Below are positions 56,201 through 64,000 of a stretch of 64,000 nt of DNA, in pieces. Where the stretch lies: NCBI GenBank assembly GCA_002633005.1, contig NMRA01000542.1:1-64000 (forward strand), read 5' to 3'. The stretch's first letter is position 1, and each line of letters opens with the position of its first letter. The notes below the pieces were generated by a model that was given only the letters and a program-made list of their open reading frames with translations, did not search any database and was not told the origin of the DNA. This stretch comes from Phoronis australis. Taxonomy: Eukaryota; Animalia; Phoronida. Both the position numbers and the translations under genes were made by a program.

Positions 56201-59200
56201 ATTTACAATAACTTTTGTATAGAATCTAAATGCACTCACCTTACTGTTTAGAACACTAGATAGGATTTCAGCATCACAAAACATTGTCTCATCGTCTATT
56301 GTCCTTTTTTTCTACAAAATTATCAAAGAGCATTTACGTTACCTTACAATTTTCAAAGCCCTGTCAACGTGTTGTCAGTGACTATCGATGTACAAAAATT
56401 CAGCCTCACAATACATTGTCTCATCATCTATTTTTTTCTACAAAATAACAAAGATATTTAATTACCAACAACAGAACACAAACTCACGCTACTTTTCAAA
56501 TCCGCTGCACCTGTATCAGTAATTATCAACATTCAAAAATGCAATCTTTCAAATTCGAGAGCTTACCACCACAAAAGTGATCTCAGATTTTAATTTACAT
56601 AGGAGAGAAGTGATTCCTATATTTGAGAAGAGCACACGAATCATTGCTGCTGAAAAATCAACTCCAAAGGAATTTGTAGGAGGTCATTTTGTGAAAAGTG
56701 TCAAAATTTTGCTGACTTAGAAACATCATATCTCATAAGTAATTCATCGGAATCTATTCAAATGAAACTTTCAGATACTATGTTTATAGCACTGTTCTCT
56801 AAAACACAGACTGAGAGAAATTGTTTTAAATTCATCCACTTTTGCAAGAGAGGCTATCAAAAACAAGATTTTTATGAAAAAATGAAAATGTGCATCAAAC
56901 AAAAAGTAGATGATAACTTACAACAAGCTTCTGCATTATTGGACTTCGTGTTGAACACGTATATCAAACAAAATTTAAACAAGTTATGTATTATAATCAG
57001 GGCTTGGAATGACCAATGACAAAAACGCGGAAACTTTTACGGCCCAAATCATGCGCGCTTCCCAGCCTTGAAATGGTCAATGTGAACCTTTCACCGACAA
57101 AAATGGGGAGGACTAAAAAAAAATAATAAAAAAAAATCGTTACCACCATCAGTTGCATGCGTCTGCGTCCTTTTAGCTCGTCCATCAGATCCCAACCCAC
57201 ACATTTTTGGCTGCAGACCCGCAGTATTTGTCACCGCGGTTTACAATAACACGAGACGCCATTGAAAATCCCACCACGCTATCCCAGATGCCCCGGCAAC
57301 GTTGACAATTCACGTTCCTCCGAAACATAAAGAGCAACTTCCGCTTTTCGAAGTGAACGTCGTCTGAAACGTCGCGGTAAGAAAGGAATTTGCCGCAGAA
57401 ATTTTATATCAAATCTGATTTTTGTAAGCGGAAATATAATAAAATGCACGGACAGAACATTTGAAAAAAGCGGAAATCCGCGTTTCCGTGGAAAATTCCA
57501 AGCCTTGTATAATAACATTCTTTTGATAAGATTATACAGCTAAATTTCGTCAAATAGTCATGGTCACACGATTCAAAGAATAACAGATTTGTATGAAGTC
57601 AAAAAACAAATTCTACAGGCTTTAGGCTATCAGATTCTTTTTGACATGAATTCTATATATAGTCTTGTAAACATTAATCAGAATGCACATATTTGTTAAT
57701 ATGGTCCTAAATAACATTGGTTTACATAGGATTCCGAAACTGGGAGTCAAAATTTTCCAGAAAAAAAATTAACCGTACACAGGAGCTTCAGCGAGTGCTA
57801 GCAGTTTGTCAGTACCGCTGCGGCCGCAGTGCCATGAAGTGGCGTATCCATCCATAAATTGTGAAGTTGTAATATAAGTGTCAGACTATGTGTTTATTCT
57901 ATGACACTTTAAAATGGATGTCTCATACAAAACATGTTTGAAACATTATGAGGGAACATTTTAGTCAAAAAAAGAATGCGACTTTCATACTAGAGATGTC
58001 AAAAAACTCTTAACATAAGGACAAAATTTTCAGCAGCAATGTCCTGTCTTCCACGAAGCAGGCAATCCGAGTAAAGTGTCTTGCTAAAGCGATTTACATT
58101 TTTATCATACATGGCCTTGACCGTTGAGCCTATGTAATGTTTTCTGACAGTATCATGTCTATCACACCATTCATAGTCACAGCCCTTACAAAGTCTGACA
58201 GTATCATGTCTATCACACCATTCATAGTCAAAGCCCTTACAAAGTTTGACTGAATTTGACGTCAAAAAGTCGGAACATCTAAAACTCTACATGACTGAAA
58301 TTCTTGCAGAAAATTGCACAACATAACGAGCCCACCATATTGGGTAATTACTATGTGATTAGGTAGAGTAAACAAAGCAATTCACGTGCAACTGTTTTGA
58401 TAACAGGGACAAGCATCTGAGAACAGAGACGTGTCTACTGTTTGTGCATAGCAAGAGCGACTTATACCTTGCCAATAGTCATCCAGGTGCTCATCTCCTC
58501 CAAACTGGGAATGTCTTGTTTGCACTCAGGTAGCCAGTCAACATGCTCTTCAGCTGATATCTAAATACAGGTTAATGAATTAAAAAATTATCAATTTTCC
58601 CTCAGTGATAGTAATGGTCAGTCTTTGTGAAGCGTTTTTATGCGTAAACAAAGAATCAATGTGACGGGCACTTTCGATACAAAATGTATTTGTTTTGATC
58701 GGAAATTTCTAAACCCAAAAACGGGCAACTTAGTTTGTAGTTGAAAAACTCCTTTTTACGGTTTATACATAGGGACATTTATCAGGTTTTTAATTAATCT
58801 TAAGTCATGGAGACACCAGCAATGGAAATTCTTTTTATAAAAAATGACTCAATTCTTCATTTTTAATGGCTGCCATACCCATTACTGGAAACCAAATTAG
58901 AATTTTAGACATGTTTCCCAATAGATGATAAAATAACTACACATTATCAAGTTTCTGTAAATCTACCCAAGCACTGAAGAAAACCAATAATCAAAACTGC
59001 CAAAAGCATTGTAAATCAGAAGCTCTGAGGATGGTTGATAAAGGTTTACCACACACTTGAATTCGATTAAAGTCTTCTTGCATATTTGGCACATAAATAA
59101 AACATTTAAAGAACTGTCAAGGGTAGCAAATGAAAATACCAGATGATGTCTTATATAATAACTAAATATCTCATTTTTCAAAAAAATCCCACTAACATTT

Positions 59201-62200
59201 TAAATGGCATCAGTTACGACAGACAAATTAGCTTACTTTTGCTTAGAAAAAAACTGTTGCAGCAATACCTCTATGTTCCAGAAACCATTTGTGGATTTGA
59301 AATGTGGATCAATTTTATTGTGTAGTATAGGTCTGTCATAAACTGCTATATTGAGACCAAAAGAGGTAGGGCTTCAATGAATGGGTTAGTTTCCTTCATT
59401 AACACCAGGTGGAGTTACAACAAGAAGATACCAGAGGCCATCTTCATGAGGAGTCACAATTATTATCATGGAAAATTGCATGTCACCTCAGCAAAAGTAC
59501 AAGGTATAGCTGCTCATTGCTATGATAATTTGAATAAATGTGCTAATGATTTCGTGACAAAAACTTTATTTCGTAATTGCTCATATGTCAGAAAATTTTA
59601 CTTCCGTTTCCACATCATATGTTAAAGAGGCGTGGAACGTGAAAGGTCATCAAAATATCTTTTAAACAAGTCCTGACCAAAGTACAATCTCGCTACATTT
59701 AGTACAGAGTAATTTACTTTCCCCTGGGAGGAAATTTCCAGAAAAAATCACAAAACACAATTTTTGAAATACGGGTGAAGGAAACATTCTGTGGTTACCA
59801 GAGAGTTTCTAATCTCCCTTCCACTTATGATAAATGCCTGGATGCACCCAGTCAGTTGCTTGAAGTCGCTAAAAGTCACATTTGCCATACAAGGGAAATG
59901 TGCTACGTCTACGTCTTGCTATACCAAGTAAGGAGATGTGCTTTGCCTTGTGGGAGAAAAATTGACGAAGTGGCGAGCAGAAATTAAAAATATTTAAGAA
60001 CAAACTCTAAAAATATCTGGTGAGCAGGTTGAATTCTGTTTCAGTGACAGGGAACCACTTTCACATTTATTCTGTTTATCGCGTTCCAGGCTTCTTTAAA
60101 GCTACTTTTCAGGCATTCTGTGGCCTTTGCAAAATAGTTGTTATGTCTCTTTTACAATATTTGATGGGATGTCCATTAATACCATAGGGTGAAATTCTGT
60201 AATTACAAGTTGCGAAGTCTTTGAATCGCTTGGTTGGATTGTATCGTGTTAGTGCAACTAAATTCTGTTTTGTATGCCTTTACAAACCAACATGTCATTG
60301 TTTGGAATTTTTTCTAAACTGACTCCTTGTTAGGCCATTGTTTGAAATGAGGTGTACAGTGTTTTGCCTATTGTTGTGCGTGCCACTTAAGACATTTTTA
60401 TTGTCACAGTCATTATGTACATTTGCCAAGCAGCTTCCAAGTTTTGCCCCAGGATCAGTTGACGTGTCCATAACAGTTCCCACTTCATTATAATAAAAAG
60501 AAAAGAACATTTATTTACCTACCTACTTACACTTAAAGGTGCTGTACTCAGCACTTAGTGATCCCAAATACGCATTACATGTACGACGCCCTTTGTTCTA
60601 ATACACAGGACAGGTAGATGTTTTCACAAGCAAAAAATCCAAATTCATACATGGGATTACAGGGGGTCACGACCCAAATGGCTTCATTTGTTGTGTTACA
60701 GGTGAAACCAAGGTGTCAACCAGTGGGGGAATAGGCTGCTCTTTCAGAGGTAGAAATATGCATTGCATTGCATAAGTGACCTACTTTTCAAAAGACTAGA
60801 CACCCCTGAATTGATTACAAAGGGAAGACCAATTAATACATTACACATCCAGCAATGATATTTGATCTCTTTGCAAATTTCTTGGGGTCAGAATTACAAC
60901 TCAAAATTAGGTTAGTTTGCCTGCACTACAATGATGAATATTATAAAACAATTAAGAATATGATATAGTGACTAGTATATTTCCATGTAAAGAAACTTGA
61001 GAAGTGCTTGACACAAGTGTTGCACTGTGGATAAATAACTTAGAATGGGAGTGGTGCAGTTCAATTTCAGGACGAGGCTAATATGAGTGGGGCAAAAGTG
61101 ACGAGTACTTAATTGAAAGTGCATGCCATTGGGCAGCACCTACTAGTCTTTTTAAGTAACTTGGTACATGACCCCAGTGATGTCTTGGCGAGTAATGAAA
61201 TGACTTGCTTGAATATGGTTACAGAAATCTGCCAATAGATGGCAGAACTGTGTGTTGGAATTGCAATGTTTCTGATACCCAACTGATTGCGGTTACATGA
61301 TGAACAAATAATTCATTGAGTGTTATCACTTGGTTCAACTATCTCGTGCATTCAGCATCCATAATTCACCTTCTTTTCCATTCCAGTTTACGGTGTAGTT
61401 GTGTTGTCTAATTGCGAGGCATAAGATAAAACTTAAACAGGGATTGTCACACTTCTGTCATCTGTGTTTTGTAGGAAGTTCTCGGTGCTCAGTATTTGTA
61501 GCAAGTTCTAGTTGCTCAGTATCTGTAGTAAGTTCTACTTGCTCAGTATCTGTAGTAAGTTCTAGTTGCCCAGTATTTGTAGTAAGTTCTAGTTGCTCAG
61601 TATCTGTAGTAAGTTCTAGTTGCTCAGTATTTGTAGCAAGTTCTAGTTGCTCAGTATTTGTAGCAAGTTCTAGTTGCTCAGTATTTGTAGCAAGTTCTAG
61701 TTGCTCAGTATTGTAGCAAGTTCTAGTTGCTCAGTATATGTAATAAGTTCTAGTTGCTCAGTATTTGTTTCTACATACCGAGCAATAACAAGAAATCAAA
61801 CTGTGTTCAGTTTTACGGCAAAACAGAGAATAGATTCAATTTAATGGCAAGTCACAATTTGTCACATCTCAAAACTTTCAAAATGTCACAGAGAAGTCTC
61901 AATTGTCAGTTTATTCATGGTGCTTTTTGCATGTATAAGTGGCATCAAGGTTTACCTCTTCACTCTCCCACTCCACAGATGTCGCCTCAAATCCTCGCAG
62001 TGTCAGACCCAGACCACGGCGACCTCTCTGTTTAGATGCCTCAACAATTTCTGCTCTACCTTGGCCATATTTACCAAGACCTTTTCCTTTTTCATAACCC
62101 ATTTTTTGCTACAAAGCAATGAATACAACTGATACCATGAACATAATCTCAAATTTCTTTACATCAACCAAATCCATACCTGCATGAATTTTTGTTTAAC

Positions 62201-63761
62201 ATGACTGTGTTACAGTGGTCTTCCTAATAATATAGTCCGATGTAGGATATTGTATTTAAAAAAAGGCTAAAGCCATTATGATTGACCTGATTTTAAAACA
62301 ACAATACAATGAGCATAGCTTGTCAATGTCTATTAGTGAGGTACAAAATTTTGAAACAGAATTGTGAGCATTACTTGACACTGAAGACGGCTGTGCTCTA
62401 TACAGCAATCCTACTTTTAGTATAATACAATACCATACAATATCATTCAATATCATACAATATCATACAATATCATACAATATCATACAATACCAACCTT
62501 AGCAAATGCTAAATATGTTTTACTGAGCTCATTTTTGTATTTTTGTATTCATTTACATATGGTAACCTACATTATTTATACTATGCAAATACACTTAAAC
62601 ATGGAATGTAAACTATTATCATCAGAAGCTGTCATGTCATCAAAAGCTCTAAATAGTTTGCAATAAAACTAGAGTATACCATCATCTTATTTGCAAAGCT
62701 GCTGTACAGACTGGCAGATGCATCTTGTGCTGTGCCTGTCTTGGCTTTTTTCGAAGGGGGCTGCCCTCCACCACCAAATCCTGGGTGATAGCTAGCATCA
62801 CTCCCACCATCCTTTGGGTCCAAGTCATTTTCTTCTGAATCTACTTGGTCTGAATCTGAAATCAATGGGAAATATTCTACATAATATATTACATATTACA
62901 CAAAAGGATCTTTTGCTTGACCACATTTTTAATTATGGTGTACAAGACGGGGCAAGTTGACAGGGACAAAACACAACTTGTTTCATTCAAGGACATTTTA
63001 AGACATTCGTGTGAATTGTTTGAATATCACACCACACAATTCCACGATTGCAAAAAATATGAACAGCTGGAAAACATGTCATTGTATTAAACCCCTGCCT
63101 TTCATCAGAAAAACAACTTTTAATTTAGTTTCATTATGTAATTGGGTCTCAAAGTGTTCCTTAGTCAAATTAGAAGTGACTTCAGGGCTTCAAAAGAGAT
63201 AGTAGTTCGTTATTGCTTGATACACGGCTCCAAAAGTTGGCTTATCGTGGCACATCACTTTAGTAGGAGAAGAGCGAGGCATTCCGTAGCAGTAAGTGGT
63301 GTAAATCAAAACTTCAGTTCTTGGACAAACGAGGGTTTATTACCGATTTAATGAATGAGCAGCTACTTTGTTGTGGTATCAGATCTGGTTGGTTTTCAAA
63401 TTTGAGATGACAATGTCATATTTACCCTATGACAGTGTCATAAACATCAAAGCTATGACATTCAAGCCAAATAATCATTTACAGGGGAAGGGGGGGAGGT
63501 TCAGAGTTTGAGATCCAGATTGCTCCACTTAACAACGGGCATAAACTGGTTGTACATTTAATATCCGGAACTCCTGCATTGTAGCGTACATGGTAGAGTA
63601 TATGATGGTAAGTGCTTCAGGGTTCAGGTCAAATTCAAGTCGACAGCAATCAATGAGGTCATGCTTCAGTAGATTTTGAACACTGGTGAATATAGTCAGG
63701 AATAAATGCTATTTATAAACCAACCACTGTCTGATAACCCTTGAGATTCAAATCGCTTCAT
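8139..63761 (-). CDS. CMTR1: Cap-specific mRNA (nucleoside-2'-O)-methyltransferase 1, spliced gene; 15 coding exons in the window, 3' end beyond the window
   Basis: The joined exons give a 580-codon open frame collinear with CMTR1 as I recall it: G-patch ([23 protein letters not shown]), [73 protein letters not shown] and DYRCM. All introns are GT-AG and the phases match. Confidence 0.97.
9894..11356. mobile_element. TIR MITE, Tc1/mariner-pogo-like (CCGTATTCGCC termini)
   Basis: Ends CCATATTCGCCTTAAT ... ATTAAGGTGAATACGG|TA. It is homologous along its length to 44003-45427 in the opposite orientation. Confidence 0.8.
11542..11610 (-). CDS. CMTR1: CMTR1 exon 14
   Basis: Encodes [23 protein letters not shown]. 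Acceptor ttctag, donor GTTTGT. It follows a ~20-kb intron. Confidence 0.9.
13003..13260 (+). mobile_element. HINE-like family A-related 5' fragment
   Basis: Starts AACAAGAGCAACG...ATGCGCCCAC and includes an AAAATGGTCACTAGG subunit motif. Confidence 0.55.
13615..13883. repeat. 57-bp minisatellite running into the assembly gap
   Basis: GTGAGGTGAACATGAACGAGCTGTAGTTTATTATGCAAATAACACACTGCTACTATT, ~4.7 copies. Confidence 0.95.
13884..14637. other. Assembly gap (754 N)
   Basis: Run of N flanked by two different minisatellites. Confidence 1.
14638..14746. repeat. 22-bp minisatellite, ~5 copies
   Basis: Unit TATTAAGGGAGTA(G/C)CACATTAC. Confidence 0.95.
14810..19210 (+). mobile_element. Cluster of nested HINE-like family A elements
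   Basis: A 5' end lies at ~15033, with repeated CCACTAGG subunits. A GGAC microsatellite and terminus lie at 18395-18466. A second terminus is split between 19192-19210 and 20421-20438. Confidence 0.75.
16713..17716. mobile_element. hAT-like MITE inserted in a family A element
   Basis: TIRs CAGGCCTTTAT(G/C)CAG. The imperfect 8-bp TSDs CTACTGGG and CCACTACG both derive from the host motif CCACTAGG. Confidence 0.8.
19211..20420 (+). mobile_element. HINE-like family B element
   Basis: 5' hairpin CGCTCCGAGGAGCG with subTIR ACTTGGCGAAA, then GAT/GAC-rich tandem blocks, ending in CATACTTGGCGAAA. Homologous to 21168-22380 and to the inverted copy at 50392-51340. Confidence 0.7.
21168..22380 (+). 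mobile_element. HINE-like family B element, second copy
   Basis: Collinear with 19240-20420. It ends in ACTTGGCGAAA..TTTCGCCAAGTAATAA hairpins. Confidence 0.7.
22894..23409 (+). CDS. Candidate nested antisense two-exon small ORF (22894-22948 + 23216-23409, 82 aa), unknown function
   Basis: Start in GGAATGG context, donor AG|GTAAAT, CACTAAC branch point, pyrimidine tract and CAG acceptor. The join is in frame. I recognise no homology. Confidence 0.3.
24680..25506. mobile_element. Degenerate TIR MITE (TACGGTGTTCTC-type ends)
   Basis: Ends CACTGTGTTCTC ... GAGAACACCGTA, with a subterminal repeated GTGTATGAACTA motif. Confidence 0.45.
26787..26909. repeat. 41-bp tandem repeat, 3 copies
   Basis: Unit GATAATAATCTATGGTGTATCCAGGTACTATATATTCATCT. 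Confidence 0.95.
26984..27113. repeat. 32-bp tandem repeat, 4 copies
   Basis: Unit CCAAGTGTCCTGTGTGCACAATGAACCATAAT. Confidence 0.95.
27660..27745 (-). mobile_element. Penelope-like 3' fragment with a CTGATGA hammerhead-like core
   Basis: Its reverse complement matches 30631-30712 (CTTGTTGTTGGGCCTAGCAAGGTGG...TGATGA.GGTGTTTTAATAAA). Confidence 0.6.
28290..29773. mobile_element. Probable degenerate mariner/pogo-like MITE
   Basis: The right end GGAATTTTTACCG|TA and left end ATGGTAAAAAC are weakly inverted. It truncates the adjacent Penelope arm. Confidence 0.35.
29774..30740. mobile_element. Penelope-like retroelement relic with inverted arms (RT thumb + GIY-YIG)
   Basis: Minus strand: [22 protein letters not shown], resembling the PLE RT C-terminus. 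Plus strand: [16 protein letters not shown] and [26 protein letters not shown], resembling GIY-YIG. 29774-29955 is inverted relative to 30222-30425. Confidence 0.8.
31764..31821 (-). CDS. CMTR1: CMTR1 exon 13
   Basis: Encodes [19 protein letters not shown]. Acceptor attttag, donor GTAAGT. Confidence 0.9.
33884..33940 (-). CDS. CMTR1: CMTR1 exon 12
   Basis: Encodes [18 protein letters not shown](T). Acceptor ttttacag, donor GTAAGC. Confidence 0.92.
34030..34708. mobile_element. Fold-back Penelope-like element (two inverted GIY-YIG 3' ends, each with a hammerhead-like motif)
   Basis: An imperfect palindrome centred near 34428. Minus arm: [10 protein letters not shown] and [31 protein letters not shown]. 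Plus arm: [12 protein letters not shown]. Confidence 0.8.
34626..34678 (+). ncRNA. Hammerhead-ribozyme-like motif (PLE type), possibly inactive
   Basis: CTGATGA-T, stem II GGTTTAT/ATAAAAC with a GTCA loop, then GAAAC. Stem III and the cleavage triplet are not canonical. Confidence 0.5.
35139..35451 (-). CDS. CMTR1: CMTR1 exon 11 (catalytic Lys and Glu)
   Basis: Encodes [49 protein letters not shown]...ILESNN. Acceptor tttgcag, donor GTAAGT. Confidence 0.97.
35761..35857 (-). CDS. CMTR1: CMTR1 exon 10
   Basis: Encodes [32 protein letters not shown](G). Acceptor ttttag, donor GTAAGT. Confidence 0.97.
36182..36324. repeat. 34-bp tandem repeat, 4 copies
   Basis: Unit GGAATGTTTTAGGCACGTTTCAGTGGATCACA(C/T)C. 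Confidence 0.95.
37130..37248 (-). CDS. CMTR1: CMTR1 exon 9 (catalytic Asp)
   Basis: Encodes [40 protein letters not shown]. Acceptor ttttcag, donor GTACGT. Confidence 0.96.
40357..40515. repeat. 15-bp tandem repeat, ~10 copies, derived from the exon 8 donor junction
   Basis: The minus-strand unit CACATTACG|GTGAGT and variants. The first unit is the real exon end and donor. Confidence 0.95.
40507..40699 (-). CDS. CMTR1: CMTR1 exon 8 (SAM-binding motif)
   Basis: Encodes [31 protein letters not shown]...FEPHY(G). Acceptor ttttcag, donor GTGAGT. Confidence 0.97.
41215..42424. mobile_element. DNA transposon / MITE with ~95-bp TIRs
   Basis: CAGTTAAAAACGGCTTCC...TTCCTGCCATTTTG is inverted to CAAAATGGCAGGAA...GGAAGCCGTAATTAACTG. 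Confidence 0.8.
43602..43815. repeat. 21-bp tandem repeat, ~10 copies
   Basis: Unit GAGCATATTTAGGCT(T/C)TAAAT. Confidence 0.95.
44003..45427. mobile_element. TIR MITE, Tc1/mariner-pogo-like, TA TSD
   Basis: TA|CCGTATTCGCCGTAATAACCG ... CGGTTATTACGGCGAATATGG|TA. Inverted homolog of 9894-11356. Confidence 0.85.
46286..50718. repeat. Local duplication/triplication at single-N contig joins, probably uncollapsed haplotypes
   Basis: 46286-47849 resembles 47937-49360, 49680-50408 is near-identical to 47122-47849, and 49355-49678 resembles 50391-50718. Ns sit at 47850 and 49679. Confidence 0.85.
47059..47260. repeat. 40-bp VNTR, 5 copies (1 copy in the duplicate at ~48739, at least 3 at 49680)
   Basis: Unit AAATAACCAGCGGTTCGCTGAGATGATTACAAGTAGACTC. 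Confidence 0.9.
50392..51340 (-). mobile_element. HINE-like family B element, reverse orientation
   Basis: Reverse-complement similarity to 19211-20420: a CCAAGTAT end, GTAGTCCAGGAAGTACTGGAAGCC, TTCTCAGACTTACC, a CAT-rich block and a GCGCTCTCCGAGCAC hairpin. Confidence 0.7.
51363..53017 (+). mobile_element. HINE-like family A element, full length
   Basis: Starts AACAAGAGCAACGCGGAGCGTTG, contains CCACTAGG subunits, and ends ATGCGTCCACATATAAATATGTGGGCGCATAAAA. Confidence 0.78.
53351..53556. mobile_element. Small MITE with ~40-bp TIRs, ~30 bp from the exon 7 donor
   Basis: AAAACTTTTCATTTTAAAAAGGGAATTTCCACTCATTCCC is inverted to GGGAATGAGTGGAAAATCCCTTTCTAAAATGGAAAG. Confidence 0.7.
53588..53660 (-). 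CDS. CMTR1: CMTR1 exon 7 (first catalytic Lys)
   Basis: Encodes (R)[24 protein letters not shown]. Acceptor ttccatag, donor GTAAGT. Confidence 0.96.
54533..54627 (-). CDS. CMTR1: CMTR1 exon 6
   Basis: Encodes [31 protein letters not shown](R). Acceptor ctatag, donor GTAACG. Confidence 0.96.
55140..56180 (+). mobile_element. Penelope-like GIY-YIG 3' relic interrupted by a minisatellite
   Basis: Translates as [16 protein letters not shown], then [54 protein letters not shown] degenerate hammerhead (TTGAAGA..GAAACGTC) lies at 56082-56115. Confidence 0.75.
55274..55919. repeat. 38-bp perfect tandem repeat, 17 copies
   Basis: Unit CCTCAACACTGGCTAAAGTATTGACAGTTAAAATGCAG; I saw no variants. Confidence 0.98.
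56240..56311 (-). CDS. CMTR1: CMTR1 exon 5
   Basis: Encodes [24 protein letters not shown]. Acceptor ttttgtag, donor GTGAGT. Confidence 0.93.
56998..57507. mobile_element. hAT-like MITE
   Basis: Ends CAGGGCTTGGAAT ... ATTCCAAGCCTTG, with TATAAT on both flanks and subterminal GCGGAAA repeats. Confidence 0.7.
58143..58250. repeat. 51-bp tandem duplication
   Basis: TCTGACAGTATCATGTCTATCACACCATTCATAGTCA.AGCCCTTACAAAG, two copies. Confidence 0.9.
58468..58560 (-). CDS. CMTR1: CMTR1 exon 4
   Basis: Encodes [31 protein letters not shown]. Acceptor tatttag, donor GTATAA. Confidence 0.93.
59626..60095. mobile_element. Kolobok-like MITE with TTAA TSD
   Basis: TTAA|AGAGGCGTGGAACG ... CGTTCCAGGCTTCT|TTAA. 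Confidence 0.7.
61471..61768. repeat. 27-bp tandem repeat, ~11 copies
   Basis: Unit GTAG(C/T)AAGTTCTAGTTGCTCAGTAT(T/C)T. Confidence 0.95.
61956..62108 (-). CDS. CMTR1: CMTR1 exon 3 (G-patch)
   Basis: Encodes [40 protein letters not shown]. Acceptor tttgtag, donor GTAAAC. Confidence 0.96.
62425..62494. repeat. 10-bp microsatellite (ATACAATATC)n
   Basis: Directly visible in the sequence. Confidence 0.9.
62680..62855 (-). CDS. CMTR1: CMTR1 exon 2 (acidic/Ser-rich region, NLS-like [16 protein letters not shown])
   Basis: Acceptor ttgatttcag and donor [15 protein letters not shown] corresponds to the start of the G-patch. Confidence 0.88.
63725..63761 (-). CDS. CMTR1: CMTR1 exon 1 ([12 protein letters not shown])
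   Basis: ATG in AAAATG context. The donor G|GTTGGT is phase 1, matching exon 2. The MKR start resembles vertebrate CMTR1. Confidence 0.7.
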
Positions 63762-63900
63762 TTTTTTAGATGAAAACACGTGAATATGAGCGGTTATGTC
63801 ATTTCTTAGAAAACGCAAGTCGCGCGGGTCCGTCAGCTGTGTGGTCCCGAAATGACAACATAGTTCAGCGACGTCTACCGGCAAGTAAATGTTTTAACAA
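63762..63900 (-). promoter_or_regulatory. Probable 5' UTR / proximal promoter of CMTR1
   Basis: Local CpG enrichment (TCGCGCGGG, GCGACGTC, ACCGG) immediately upstream of the ATG. The TSS cannot be determined. Confidence 0.35.
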
Positions 63901-64000
63901 AAGAAGCAATTTGATATAAATCTTTTTAATAGTGTATTAAATCTTCGAACTTCGTCCACATTCATCAAACCTCAGTTTACTGATGCATTGCGTATTGAAT

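Overview
This is AT-rich, repeat-dense genomic DNA from an animal, probably a marine invertebrate (the taxon is inferred, not shown). Almost the whole window is one minus-strand gene, the cap1 2'-O-ribose methyltransferase CMTR1 (FTSJD2). I traced 15 phase-consistent GT-AG coding exons from the ATG at 63761 down to 8139, giving 580 codons. They cover the acidic N-terminus, the G-patch, the Rossmann-fold MTase with its K-D-K-E tetrad, and the start of the guanylyltransferase-like domain. The remaining 3' exons appear to lie left of position 1. The introns contain two families of Helentron-like non-autonomous elements (one built from ~155-bp subunits that each carry a CTCF-like motif) and several TIR MITEs (pogo/mariner-, hAT- and Kolobok-like). 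They also contain four Penelope-like retroelement relics with GIY-YIG remnants, fold-back structure and hammerhead-ribozyme-like 3' motifs, plus many minisatellites, a 754-N gap and a probable uncollapsed-haplotype duplication. The most notable items are: a fold-back Penelope with two hammerhead-like cores, a minisatellite that multiplies an exon's splice donor behind an in-frame stop, co-oriented CTCF-like arrays, and a candidate nested antisense two-exon ORF.
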